NCBI RefSeq assembly: GCF_025567415.1
Contig: NZ_JAOQJV010000004.1
Span: 41,903 to 73,902 of the forward strand
Source: Dorea ammoniilytica
GTDB taxonomy: Bacteria; Bacillota; Clostridia; Lachnospirales; Lachnospiraceae
Direction: 5' to 3'
DNA length: 32,000 bases
Below, one piece after another: positions 18,965 to 26,741 of the stretch. Below the pieces are notes generated by a model that made no database searches, was not told where the DNA came from, and was given only the letters and a program-made list of their open reading frames with translations. Within the stretch, counting starts at the first letter, position 1, and each line of letters starts with the position of its first letter. The position numbers and the translations under genes are program-made.

Positions 18965-19738
18965 TTAATGATAATTCTTAACAACATCGTAAGCAACCTT
19001 GCCGCCAAAAAGATCCAAAGCACTGCCAATGGTAAAGTCCAGTTTTCCTCCGGACTGCACTCGGAATCGTTCCAGATCTTCCATAGTTCCGATTCCTCCC
19101 GCATAAGTAATCGGCCGCCCCTCACAAGATGCCAGAATGCTCACCAGCTCCTCCGGTGCACCCGCTGATTTTCCTTCCACATCTACACCATGGATCAGAA
19201 ATTCATCACAATAAGTGCCAAGCTTTCCCATGAGTTCCGAAGTAAGCTTCTCATCCGTAAATGTCTGCCAACGGTCAGTCACAATATAATATGCACCATC
19301 TTCCCGCTTCCTGCAGCTGAGATCCAGAACCAGATGCTCCCTCCCTGTTACCTGCAGAAGTTGTTCCAGCCTGTCCCAACGGATTCTTCCTTCCCGGAAC
19401 ACATAAGATGTCACAATCACGTGGCTTGCTCCTGCATCCAGATATTCTTTTGCATTCTCCGCTGTCACACCGCCACCGATCTGCATCCCTCCTGGAAATG
19501 CCTGAAGTGCTGCCAGTGCCTGCTTACGGGTTGCCTCGTAGTATTCGGATCCTGCCGGATTCAGCAGGATAATGTGTCCACCTCTCAAATTGTCCTTTTT
19601 GTACATTTTTGCATAAAAGGTACTGTCCTGTTCCGAAATATAATTCTCTTCTGCCTGATCTCCGGCATCTTTCAGGCTTCCGCCCACAATCTGTTTCACC
19701 TTTCCATTATGTATATCGATACATGGTCTGAACCGCAT
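18965..19738 (-). CDS. hisA: ProFAR isomerase, eukaryotic (His6) type HisA
   Basis: MRFRPCIDIHNGKVKQIVGG..YAK.Y..LDLSCRK..FLIHGVDVEG..YAGG..DFTIGSALDLFGG parallels yeast His6 block by block. The ATG at 19738 follows GGGAGAAAGAG. The ORF-track start at 19789 falls inside a terminator. Confidence 0.75.
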   Translation of the reverse strand: MRFRPCIDIHNGKVKQIVGGSLKDAGDQAEENYISEQDSTFYAKMYKKDNLRGGHIILLNPAGSEYYEATRKQALAALQAFPGGMQIGGGVTAENAKEYLDAGASHVIVTSYVFREGRIRWDRLEQLLQVTGREHLVLDLSCRKREDGAYYIVTDRWQTFTDEKLTSELMGKLGTYCDEFLIHGVDVEGKSAGAPEELVSILASCEGRPITYAGGIGTMEDLERFRVQSGGKLDFTIGSALDLFGGKVAYDVVKNYH

Positions 19739-19772
19739 TCTCTTTCTCCCAATCTTATTCCTTATATAAAGA

Positions 19773-19799
19773 CAGACGGAGGAGCACATCCTCCGTCTG
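19773..19799 (-). terminator. rho-independent terminator after the repeat-lipoprotein gene
   Basis: 10-bp stem CAGACGGAGG / CCTCCGTCTG with a 7-nt loop. T-rich sequence (TCTTTATAT) follows on the minus strand. Confidence 0.6.
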
Positions 19800-19809
19800 C
19801 TTAACTCTC

Positions 19810-20118
19810 TTATCTGTTAGTTCTGTTATCACTGTTTTTGTTCTGCACATCGCCATCCAGATCATCCGCGCCGTCACGAACTGCATCACCAGCATCGTCG
19901 ACACCGTCCCGGATTGCATCACCAGCATCGTCGGCACCGTCCCGGATTGCATCACCAGCATCGTCGGCACCGTCCCGGATTGCATCACCGGCATCATCAA
20001 TTGTGCCGTCATTTACCGTGCCGTTATCTGCAGCATCGCCACTGTTTCCACAACCGGTAAGTCCACACATCAATCCTGCACACAGCAGGATTGCCAGCGT
20101 TTTCTTTAACTGTTTCAT
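19810..20118 (-). CDS. small secreted acidic lipoprotein with 11-aa tandem repeats
   Basis: Signal peptide plus lipobox MKQLKKTLAILLCAGLMCGLTG|C. The mature part is about 4.5 copies of DDAGDAIRDGA. Confidence 0.7.
   Translation of the reverse strand: MKQLKKTLAILLCAGLMCGLTGCGNSGDAADNGTVNDGTIDDAGDAIRDGADDAGDAIRDGADDAGDAIRDGVDDAGDAVRDGADDLDGDVQNKNSDNRTNR
19849..19998. repeat. 33-bp in-frame tandem repeat (about 4.5 units) inside the lipoprotein gene
   Basis: The units at 19882-19914, 19915-19947 and 19948-19980 are TGCATCACCAGCATCGTCG[A/G]CACCGTCCCGGAT. Two are identical and the third differs at 1 nt. The flanking units are diverged. Confidence 0.9.
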
Positions 20119-20243
20119 AGATTAAATCTCCCTTTCATGTATATTCTTTGATAATCAAGTAATACTTGGTACCAGTAATATCTGCATTATTTAAGAATAT
20201 ATACCATATCAGGCTCATTACATGAATGGAAGTATCTGGAAAA

Positions 20244-21002
20244 CTAGAACTGGATCACATCTGACATATCATAGAGTCCCGGCTCTTTTCCTGCCAGAAA
20301 TGCTGCTGCGGACACTGCTCCCTTTGCAAAAATAGCTTTGGAATATGCCGTATGCTTGAATTCGATCACTTCATCTTCACCGGCGTAGATCACTTCATGT
20401 TCGCCTACGATTGTACCGCCGCGTACTGCCGCAATACCAATTTCCTTATCAGAACGTTTCTTTCTCTCCTGACTTCTGTCGTAGGTATATGAATATACAT
20501 TATCCATCGCTTCATTGATAGAATCTGCCAGTGCCAGTGCTGTACCACTCGGTGCATCTACTTTCTGATTATGATGTTTCTCTACGATCTCAATGTCATA
20601 TCCTGCAGGAGCAAGCACCTTGGATGCATCCTTCAGAAGCTTCATCAACAGGTTCACTCCCAGAGACATATTAGCAGAACGAAGCACTGCAACTTTTTCC
20701 GAAGTCTTCTTAACCTTTGCAATCTGTTCTTCACTCAGTCCTGTAGTACACAGAACCACCGGAAGCCCTTTCTTCGCACATGCTTCCAGCAGGTCATCTA
20801 CTGCTGCCGCATTGGAAAAATCGATCACTACATCTACCGGCACATCACACGCTTCCACGCTTTCAAATACCGGATATGGATTCTCTCTTCCAAGGAATCT
20901 GTCCACACCTGCAGCCAGTTCCATTCCTTCTGTCTCATCCACCATGCGGCTGACTACCTGTCCCATCTTGCCGTTACATCCATGCATTAATACTTTTATC
21001 AT
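20244..21002 (-). CDS. dapB: 4-hydroxy-tetrahydrodipicolinate reductase
   Basis: MIKVLMHGCNGKMGQ.. NAD(P) motif and ..EIVEKHHNQKVDAPSGTA.. catalytic block. The ATG at 21002 follows GGAGGATTCTG. Confidence 0.9.
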   Translation of the reverse strand: MIKVLMHGCNGKMGQVVSRMVDETEGMELAAGVDRFLGRENPYPVFESVEACDVPVDVVIDFSNAAAVDDLLEACAKKGLPVVLCTTGLSEEQIAKVKKTSEKVAVLRSANMSLGVNLLMKLLKDASKVLAPAGYDIEIVEKHHNQKVDAPSGTALALADSINEAMDNVYSYTYDRSQERKKRSDKEIGIAAVRGGTIVGEHEVIYAGEDEVIEFKHTAYSKAIFAKGAVSAAAFLAGKEPGLYDMSDVIQF

Positions 21003-21025
21003 CAGAATCCTCCTATATGCTATGT

Positions 21026-21060
21026 AAGGACAGAGGGCGATCATCCCGCCGTCTGTCCTT
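21026..21060 (-). other. intercistronic stem-loop between dapA and dapB
   Basis: AAGGACAGA(G)GGCG..CGCC(G)TCTGTCCTT gives 9+4 bp with one mismatch. There is no U-tract on either strand, so it is not a canonical terminator. Confidence 0.5.
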
Positions 21061-21082
21061 GTTATATGACTTATTAACTCAC

Positions 21083-21973
21083 TTATACAAGCTGAATACC
21101 AAAATCCTTCATGGCTTTTGCCAGGCTCTTCTCATGCTCTGCTGAAATATCTGTCAGAGGCATACGAAGTCCTCCGCATTCCATTCCCATCAGGTTCACT
21201 GCCTTCTTAACCGGGATCGGATTCACCTCACAGAATAACTGCTCGATCAACGGAATCGCCTTAAGCTGCATATCACGTGCAGCCTTTACATCTCCCTCAA
21301 AGAACTTCGCACAGATATCGTGTGTATACTGTGGGGCTACATTAGAGAGTACCGAAATCACACCAATACCACCCAATGAAAGAAGCGGAACAATCTGATC
21401 ATCATTACCGGAATACAGATCTATCTTTCCGTCTGTCAGGTTCATGATCTTAGCCACCTGGCTGATATTACCGGATGCTTCCTTGATTGCTACGATATTA
21501 TCCGTCTCTTTTACCAGTGTTGCTACCGTCTCAGGAGCAATATTCATGCCTGTACGGCTGGCTACGCTGTACATAATGATCGGAGCATTTGCTTCCTTTG
21601 CAACTGCCTTGTAGTGTGCGATCAATCCATCCTGTGTCGCTTTGTTATAATATGGTGTTACCAAAAGAAGTCCGTCTACACCATACTCTACTGCTTCTTT
21701 CGACATATCAATCGTTGTATAAGTAGCGTTGGAACCGGTACCTGCAATTACCGGAAGTCTCTTCCTGGTACGTTCTACCGCAAAACGGATGCACTCCATA
21801 TGTTCTTCTTCCGATAAAGTAGAAGATTCTCCTGTTGTTCCACATATAATAATACTGTCTGTACCATGTTCGCAATGGTAATCAATCAGCTCATCTAATT
21901 TGTCATAATTAACGCTTCCATCTTCATGAAAAGGTGTGACCAGTGCCACTCCTGCGCCTGTAAATATTGCCAT
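21083..21973 (-). CDS. dapA: 4-hydroxy-tetrahydrodipicolinate synthase
   Basis: ..GVALVTPF..ICGTTGES..TL.. and the overall DapA family pattern. 296 aa. Confidence 0.9.
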   Translation of the reverse strand: MAIFTGAGVALVTPFHEDGSVNYDKLDELIDYHCEHGTDSIIICGTTGESSTLSEEEHMECIRFAVERTRKRLPVIAGTGSNATYTTIDMSKEAVEYGVDGLLLVTPYYNKATQDGLIAHYKAVAKEANAPIIMYSVASRTGMNIAPETVATLVKETDNIVAIKEASGNISQVAKIMNLTDGKIDLYSGNDDQIVPLLSLGGIGVISVLSNVAPQYTHDICAKFFEGDVKAARDMQLKAIPLIEQLFCEVNPIPVKKAVNLMGMECGGLRMPLTDISAEHEKSLAKAMKDFGIQLV

Positions 21974-22012
21974 ATTATCCCTCCTGAACTGCTGAATATT
22001 TATATGTACAAA

Positions 22013-22041
22013 ATTTTAACATTATTCTTTTTTCGTGTCAA
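22013..22041 (-). promoter_or_regulatory. candidate sigma-70 promoter for dapA-dapB
   Basis: The minus strand reads TTGACA-17 nt-TAAAAT with TGt just upstream of the -10. It lies about 40 nt upstream of the dapA ATG. Confidence 0.6.
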
Positions 22042-22087
22042 TGGAGCGATTATGGCGTCTCTGTGACCGGAGCGAATTTAATCTTTA

Positions 22088-22729
22088 TCATTCCTCTGCA
22101 TCATCCATACATTCCAGCTTGCTGACAGATACTTCATAAGCCGTCCGTTTCTCTGTCTCAGTCTCCGACAGACGTTTCACATACTCTCTGCTTTGAATTC
22201 TTCCAAGCACCTGTACATGCTCTCCTACTTCAAAAGCGGAAGCGTACCTTGCATTGCGTCCCCAACAGATACACGGAATATAATCCGACTTACCATATGG
22301 TCTGTTAACTGCCAGTAACAGATCTGCGATCTCACGTCCTAACGGTGTTTTTCGATAAATCGGCTGTTTACAGATATAGCCATCAAGCAGCACTGAATTC
22401 GTCTTAGCACCGTCCGGTTCCTCACTGATAAATTCCACTTCCCGCACAAATACCGACAAGATCAGCCGGTTCTTCTGCTCTTCGTGACGATTATAGGAAC
22501 GGAACTGTCCATTTACCATAATGTATTCACCCGTATAGTCCTGCGTCACATCCAAAAGTCGCTCTGAGATCATAAGCGGAATCTGATCTTCCGAGTTACT
22601 GAGTCGTCTGACCAACACATCTACCATATAAAAGCCTTCTCCGAAAACTTCATGGCTGAATACAAATTTCCCTGCGATCTCTCCGATAATTGTCACCTGG
22701 TTGTTTTCAATAATCTTATCTGACATCAA
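22088..22729 (-). CDS. SSB-like protein with two tandem OB-fold-like halves
   Basis: Both halves start N-x-V-x-[IL]-x-G-x-I and end G..V.V.G.[FI][RQ]S.. (NNQVTIIGEI..VNGQFRSYN and TNSVLLDGYI..VLGRIQSREY). The start is either TTG 22729 or ATG 22726, both after GGGAG. Confidence 0.5.
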   Translation of the reverse strand: MMSDKIIENNQVTIIGEIAGKFVFSHEVFGEGFYMVDVLVRRLSNSEDQIPLMISERLLDVTQDYTGEYIMVNGQFRSYNRHEEQKNRLILSVFVREVEFISEEPDGAKTNSVLLDGYICKQPIYRKTPLGREIADLLLAVNRPYGKSDYIPCICWGRNARYASAFEVGEHVQVLGRIQSREYVKRLSETETEKRTAYEVSVSKLECMDDAEE

Positions 22730-22877
22730 TGTAATTCTCCCTTCCTCCGAAATGTATTTCAGGCTTCTTTGTCTCCCGGCATTACTCTGTCATCCACCGG
22801 GGTAATACCTAGTTTATGCATTCACATTTCTCTTTAGAACTGCTTTTCTTCCGGTTTTTCTTTTCTTTGATTAGTAG

Positions 22878-22905
22878 TTGTAATTTCAAAAAAATATGAT
22901 ACAAT
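22878..22905 (+). promoter_or_regulatory. candidate sigma-70 promoter for typA
   Basis: TTGTAA-16 nt-TACAAT with an extended -10 (TGaTACAAT). It lies about 55 nt upstream of the typA ATG. Confidence 0.6.
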
Positions 22906-22961
22906 ACTAAAGTTGAACACATTAAATAGGTAAAAGTATTGAATTGTAAAGGAAGATATTT

Positions 22962-24794
22962 ATGAGACAGAAAAGAGAAGACGTCCGCAATATCGCGATC
23001 ATTGCCCATGTCGATCATGGCAAGACGACACTTGTGGATGAATTGCTGAAGCAAAGTGGTGTATTCCGTGAGAATCAGGAAGTCGCGGAACGTGTCATGG
23101 ACTCCAACGACATCGAACGCGAGCGTGGTATTACCATCCTCTCCAAGAACACCGCCGTATATTATAAAGATACCAAAATCAATATCATCGACACACCGGG
23201 ACATGCCGACTTCGGCGGCGAGGTAGAGCGTGTTCTCAAGATGGTAAATGGTGTAGTTCTGGTAGTAGATGCATTTGAAGGTGCCATGCCACAGACCAAG
23301 TTCGTACTGCGCAAAGCTCTGGAACTGAAACTGCCGGTTATCGTGTGCATCAATAAGATCGATCGTCCGGAAGCAAGACCGGAGGAAGTCATCGATGAAG
23401 TACTGGAACTCTTTATCGATTTGGATGCTGACGAGGAGCAGCTTGAATGCCCATTCGTATACGCTTCCGCCAAAAATGGTTACGCGATCCTGGAGCTGGA
23501 TGACAGCCCGGACAACATGATTCCACTGTTCGAGACGATTCTGGACTATATTCCTGCACCAGAAGGTGATCCGGAAGCCGGCACACAGGTACTGATCAGC
23601 ACCATCGATTACAACGAATACGTAGGACGTATCGGAATCGGTAAAGTTGATAACGGAACCATCCGTGTAAACCAGGATATGGTCGTAGTCAATGAACACA
23701 ATCCGGATCGTCAGGAAAAAGTACGTATCAGTAAGCTGTATGAATTCGACGGACTGGACAAGATTGATGTTAAGGAGGCTACTATCGGTTCTATCGTAGC
23801 TGTATCCGGTATCTCAGACATTTCCATTGGTGATACCTTGTGCTCACCGGAGAATCCGCAGGCAATCCCATTCCAGAAAATCTCTGAGCCTACGATTGCA
23901 ATGCAGTTTATCGTAAACGACAGTCCACTCGCAGGTCAGGAAGGTAAATACGTAACTTCCCGTCACATTCGTGACCGTCTGATGCGCGAGCTGAATACTG
24001 ACGTCAGCCTCCGCGTAGAAGAAACAGACAATATGGATAGTTTTAAAGTATCCGGACGTGGTGAGCTTCACCTGTCTGTCCTGATCGAGAATATGCGCCG
24101 TGAAGGATATGAATTTGCAGTAAGTAAAGCTGAGGTTCTGTACAAAAAAGATGAAAAAGGCAAACTTCTGGAGCCAATGGAACTTGCATATATTGACGTA
24201 CCGGACGAATTTACCGGAACTGTCATCGAGAAATTAGGTCAGCGAAAAGGTGAACTTCGCAACATGGATGCCAGCAGCGGTGCTTATACTCGTCTGGAAT
24301 TTTCTATCCCAGCCCGTGGTCTGATCGGTTACCGTGGCGAATTCATGACTGATACCAAGGGAAATGGTATCATGAACACACTGTTCGATGGATATGCTCC
24401 ATACAAGGGCGACATCCAGTATCGTAAACAGGGCTCCCTGATCTCATTCGAGACCGGAGAATCTGTTACTTACGGTCTGTTCAATGCTCAGGAACGTGGT
24501 ACTCTCTTCATCGGTGCTGGTGAAAAAGTATACTCTGGTATGGTCATCGGGCAGAACGGCAAGACTGACGATATCGAAGTAAATGTATGCAAGACCAAGC
24601 ATCTGACCAACACCCGTTCATCTGGTGCTGATGACGCGCTTCGTCTGACCACACCAAAGGTACTGAGTCTGGAAGAAGCTCTGGACTTCATCGACACTGA
24701 CGAATTACTGGAGGTAACACCTAAGAGTCTTCGTATCCGCAAGAAGATCCTGGATCCAAGACTCCGTAAACGTGCTAACATGAAACAGAGCTAA
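22962..24794 (+). CDS. typA: translational GTPase TypA/BipA
   Basis: NIAIIAHVDHGKTTL, DTPGHADF and NKID G-motifs with EF-G-like domains. 610 aa. Confidence 0.95.
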   Translation: MRQKREDVRNIAIIAHVDHGKTTLVDELLKQSGVFRENQEVAERVMDSNDIERERGITILSKNTAVYYKDTKINIIDTPGHADFGGEVERVLKMVNGVVLVVDAFEGAMPQTKFVLRKALELKLPVIVCINKIDRPEARPEEVIDEVLELFIDLDADEEQLECPFVYASAKNGYAILELDDSPDNMIPLFETILDYIPAPEGDPEAGTQVLISTIDYNEYVGRIGIGKVDNGTIRVNQDMVVVNEHNPDRQEKVRISKLYEFDGLDKIDVKEATIGSIVAVSGISDISIGDTLCSPENPQAIPFQKISEPTIAMQFIVNDSPLAGQEGKYVTSRHIRDRLMRELNTDVSLRVEETDNMDSFKVSGRGELHLSVLIENMRREGYEFAVSKAEVLYKKDEKGKLLEPMELAYIDVPDEFTGTVIEKLGQRKGELRNMDASSGAYTRLEFSIPARGLIGYRGEFMTDTKGNGIMNTLFDGYAPYKGDIQYRKQGSLISFETGESVTYGLFNAQERGTLFIGAGEKVYSGMVIGQNGKTDDIEVNVCKTKHLTNTRSSGADDALRLTTPKVLSLEEALDFIDTDELLEVTPKSLRIRKKILDPRLRKRANMKQS

Positions 24795-24810
24795 TCTGTG
24801 GAGGATGCCT

Positions 24811-25236
24811 ATGAAAGAAAAATGTACTCTTATCATTTCCAGTCTTGCCTATGCACTGGAAATGATCATCACCATAGCCATGCTGATCGGCACCGGACTC
24901 CTCTGCTTCCGTCTGATCTGCTCCATCTTTCACCTGATGGATGCTGATCCGTTCGAAGCATATGAGCATCTCCTTTCTTACAGCATGAACCTGATAATCT
25001 GTGTAGAACTGATCCGCATGATGTATTATCACACTTCTGATATGGTATTCGAACTGCTGGTATTTGCACTGGCAAGGCAGGTCATTATCGACCACACCTC
25101 AGCGATTACCAGCCTGATCGGTGTATGCGCCATTGCCGTACTGTTCGCCACAAGAAAGTTCCTGTTTACCACTCATGTACTCTCCGCCGATACCGATGAC
25201 GAAGACGACAAAAAGAGTGAAGAAGAAAACAAATAA
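24811..25236 (+). CDS. PsiE-family small membrane protein with an acidic C-terminal tail
   Basis: Four predicted TM segments. ..LVFALARQVIIDHTSAITSL.. parallels the E. coli PsiE block ..ITAIVRLIIVDHKSPLDVL... The ATG at 24811 is 6 nt after GGAGG. Confidence 0.6.
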   Translation: MKEKCTLIISSLAYALEMIITIAMLIGTGLLCFRLICSIFHLMDADPFEAYEHLLSYSMNLIICVELIRMMYYHTSDMVFELLVFALARQVIIDHTSAITSLIGVCAIAVLFATRKFLFTTHVLSADTDDEDDKKSEEENK

Positions 25237-25245
25237 AAACTATAC

Positions 25246-25316
25246 AATGTCTGACAAACGTGCTATACTCAACATATCAGAAAGATTGTTGTTTGAAGTA
25301 TCAATTGTCAGACATT
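25246..25316 (+). other. long imperfect hairpin between the PsiE-like gene and hpf (terminator and/or hpf leader structure)
   Basis: Perfect 12-nt outer arms AATGTCTGACAA (25246-25257) and TTGTCAGACATT (25305-25316). Inner imperfect pairing joins CTATACTCAACA with TGTTGTTTGAAGTAT. TTATATTT follows. Confidence 0.45.
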
Positions 25317-25354
25317 TTATATTTCTGAAAATCACTGTTAAAGGAGTGGATTTT

Positions 25355-25891
25355 ATGAATTTTATCATCAGTGGAAAGAACATCGAAGTAACCCCAGGTC
25401 TGAAGGACAGCGTCACCAGTAAGCTTGGTAAGTTGGAGAGGTATTTTACACCTGACACAGAGATTATCGTAACCTTAAGCGTTGAAAGAGACCGTCAGAA
25501 GATTGAGGTAACCATTCCGGTCAAAGGTGATATCATCCGTTCTGAGCAGACAAGCACAGATATGTATGTATCCATTGACCTCGTAGAAGAAGTGATCGAA
25601 CGTCAACTTCGCAAATATAAAAACAAACTGATAGCAAGGCATCAGGAAGGCGGTACTTTCAAACAGGAATTCTTTGAAGAAGAACCTGCCATCGACAGCA
25701 ATGACGAAATTCAGATCGTGCGCACAAAGAAGTTTGGTATCAAGCCAATGTTCCCGGAAGATGCTTGTGTGCAGATGGAACTTCTTGGACACGATTTCTT
25801 CGTATTCTCTAACGCAGAGACAGAAGAAGTTAATGTCGTGTATAAGAGAAAGAACGGTACATTTGGTCTGATCGAGCCTGAATTTCAGTAA
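25355..25891 (+). CDS. hpf: ribosome hibernation promoting factor, long form
   Basis: MNFIISGKNIEVTPGLKDSV..KLERYF N-domain plus a C-terminal dimerisation domain (IVRTKKF..KPM..EDA..QMELLGHDFFVF). AAGGAG RBS. The ORF-track start at 25121 is spurious. Confidence 0.9.
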   Translation: MNFIISGKNIEVTPGLKDSVTSKLGKLERYFTPDTEIIVTLSVERDRQKIEVTIPVKGDIIRSEQTSTDMYVSIDLVEEVIERQLRKYKNKLIARHQEGGTFKQEFFEEEPAIDSNDEIQIVRTKKFGIKPMFPEDACVQMELLGHDFFVFSNAETEEVNVVYKRKNGTFGLIEPEFQ

Positions 25892-25930
25892 ACAATATGC
25901 ATAATAGTTCAGGAATAATCCCTGATATCA

Positions 25931-25961
25931 AAAATCCTGGAGGTCATTCCTCCAGGATTTT
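25931..25961. terminator. bidirectional terminator between convergent hpf and yigZ
   Basis: Perfect 13-bp stem AAAATCCTGGAGG / CCTCCAGGATTTT with the 5-nt loop TCATT. The yigZ stop codon lies in the loop. Confidence 0.8.
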
Positions 25962-26600
25962 TATCTGTCCATTTATCTCTGCATAAAAGCAAGCTCCTAT
26001 CTCTTCCATAGAAACTCTTGCCCCCGTCCCTTCTGTAATCTCTTCCTGTACTGCAGTAAGTTCCTCTACAGGAATCACGCAGGTCAATTGCACTTTATCT
26101 GTGTACACAGAATCCAGAATGGTAATCTTTCGCTCTCCTAATATATATTGAATCTTACCAAGGTCTCCGTACCCGGTATCTACGGAAAGCTTTATTCCCC
26201 GAATCCGGGATATAATCTGTGAATGGGCCAGTCCCTCTTTCGTTGCTCCGGAATATGCTCTTACCAGTCCTCCCGTACCAAGCAGTGTGCCTCCAAAATA
26301 TCTGGTCACCACCACTGCTACATTATGGATATCCTCTCCCATCAGCACATCTAACATTGGCTTTCCCGCTGTACCTCCCGGCTCCCCATCATCACTGAAT
26401 CTGGCAAGTTCATGTCGGTCACCGATCACATATGCAAAGCAGTGATGTCTGGCATCCCAGTATTTCTTTTTAATATCAGCAATAAATGCCTGTGCTTCAT
26501 CTTCACTTGACACCGGCATTACGTCTGCAATAAAACGAGACTTTTTTTCTACAATTTCACCTGTTCCGCCTCTATAGGCCAACTTGTATTCTTCTGGCAT
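25944..26600 (-). CDS. yigZ: YigZ / IMPACT-family protein (UPF0029)
   Basis: ..EKKSRFIA....S.EEA..FI..IKKKYWDARHHCFAY..G......SDDGEP.GTAG.P.L.. family signature. 218 aa. Confidence 0.8.
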   Translation of the reverse strand: MPEEYKLAYRGGTGEIVEKKSRFIADVMPVSSEDEAQAFIADIKKKYWDARHHCFAYVIGDRHELARFSDDGEPGGTAGKPMLDVLMGEDIHNVAVVVTRYFGGTLLGTGGLVRAYSGATKEGLAHSQIISRIRGIKLSVDTGYGDLGKIQYILGERKITILDSVYTDKVQLTCVIPVEELTAVQEEITEGTGARVSMEEIGACFYAEINGQIKILEE

Positions 26601-26687
26601 ATTTTCACCTTTCCTTCTTGTCCTGAATACTACTATAACGGATTTATTAAGATTTTCCTACATAAATATGAAGATTTTAATTTTTTC

Positions 26688-26716
26688 TTTATTTAAATTA
26701 TCAAGTTTGGTATAAT
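26688..26716 (+). promoter_or_regulatory. candidate sigma-70 promoter for the PBP1A gene
   Basis: TTTATT-17 nt-TATAAT with an extended -10 (TGgTATAAT). It lies 25 nt upstream of the ATG at 26742. The -35 is weak. Confidence 0.45.
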
Positions 26717-26741
26717 ACTGTGGATAAAGGAGGCTAAATTC

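Noticed and set aside
19849-19998. Regular 33-bp repeats considered as a possible CRISPR-like array
   Set aside because: The units are directly abutting with no spacers, lie in frame inside a coding sequence, and no cas genes are present.
19755-20125. Alternative-frame ORFs through the 33-bp repeat (85 aa on the minus strand, 95 aa on the plus strand)
   Set aside because: Any frame stays open through a tandem repeat. Only the 19810..20118 frame has an RBS, a signal peptide and a lipobox.
21974-22087. Expected lysine riboswitch (L-box) or T-box upstream of dapA (also checked for lysC and hom)
   Set aside because: The dapA leader is only about 40 nt after a good sigma-70 promoter. lysC and hom have single-digit intergenic gaps. 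There is no room for a riboswitch of roughly 180 nt and no conserved L-box helices are visible.
22809-23699. 296-aa minus-strand ORF overlapping the 5' half of typA
   Set aside because: It is antisense to the clear TypA GTPase frame, with no RBS and odd composition. Its 5' end would have to start inside typA coding sequence.
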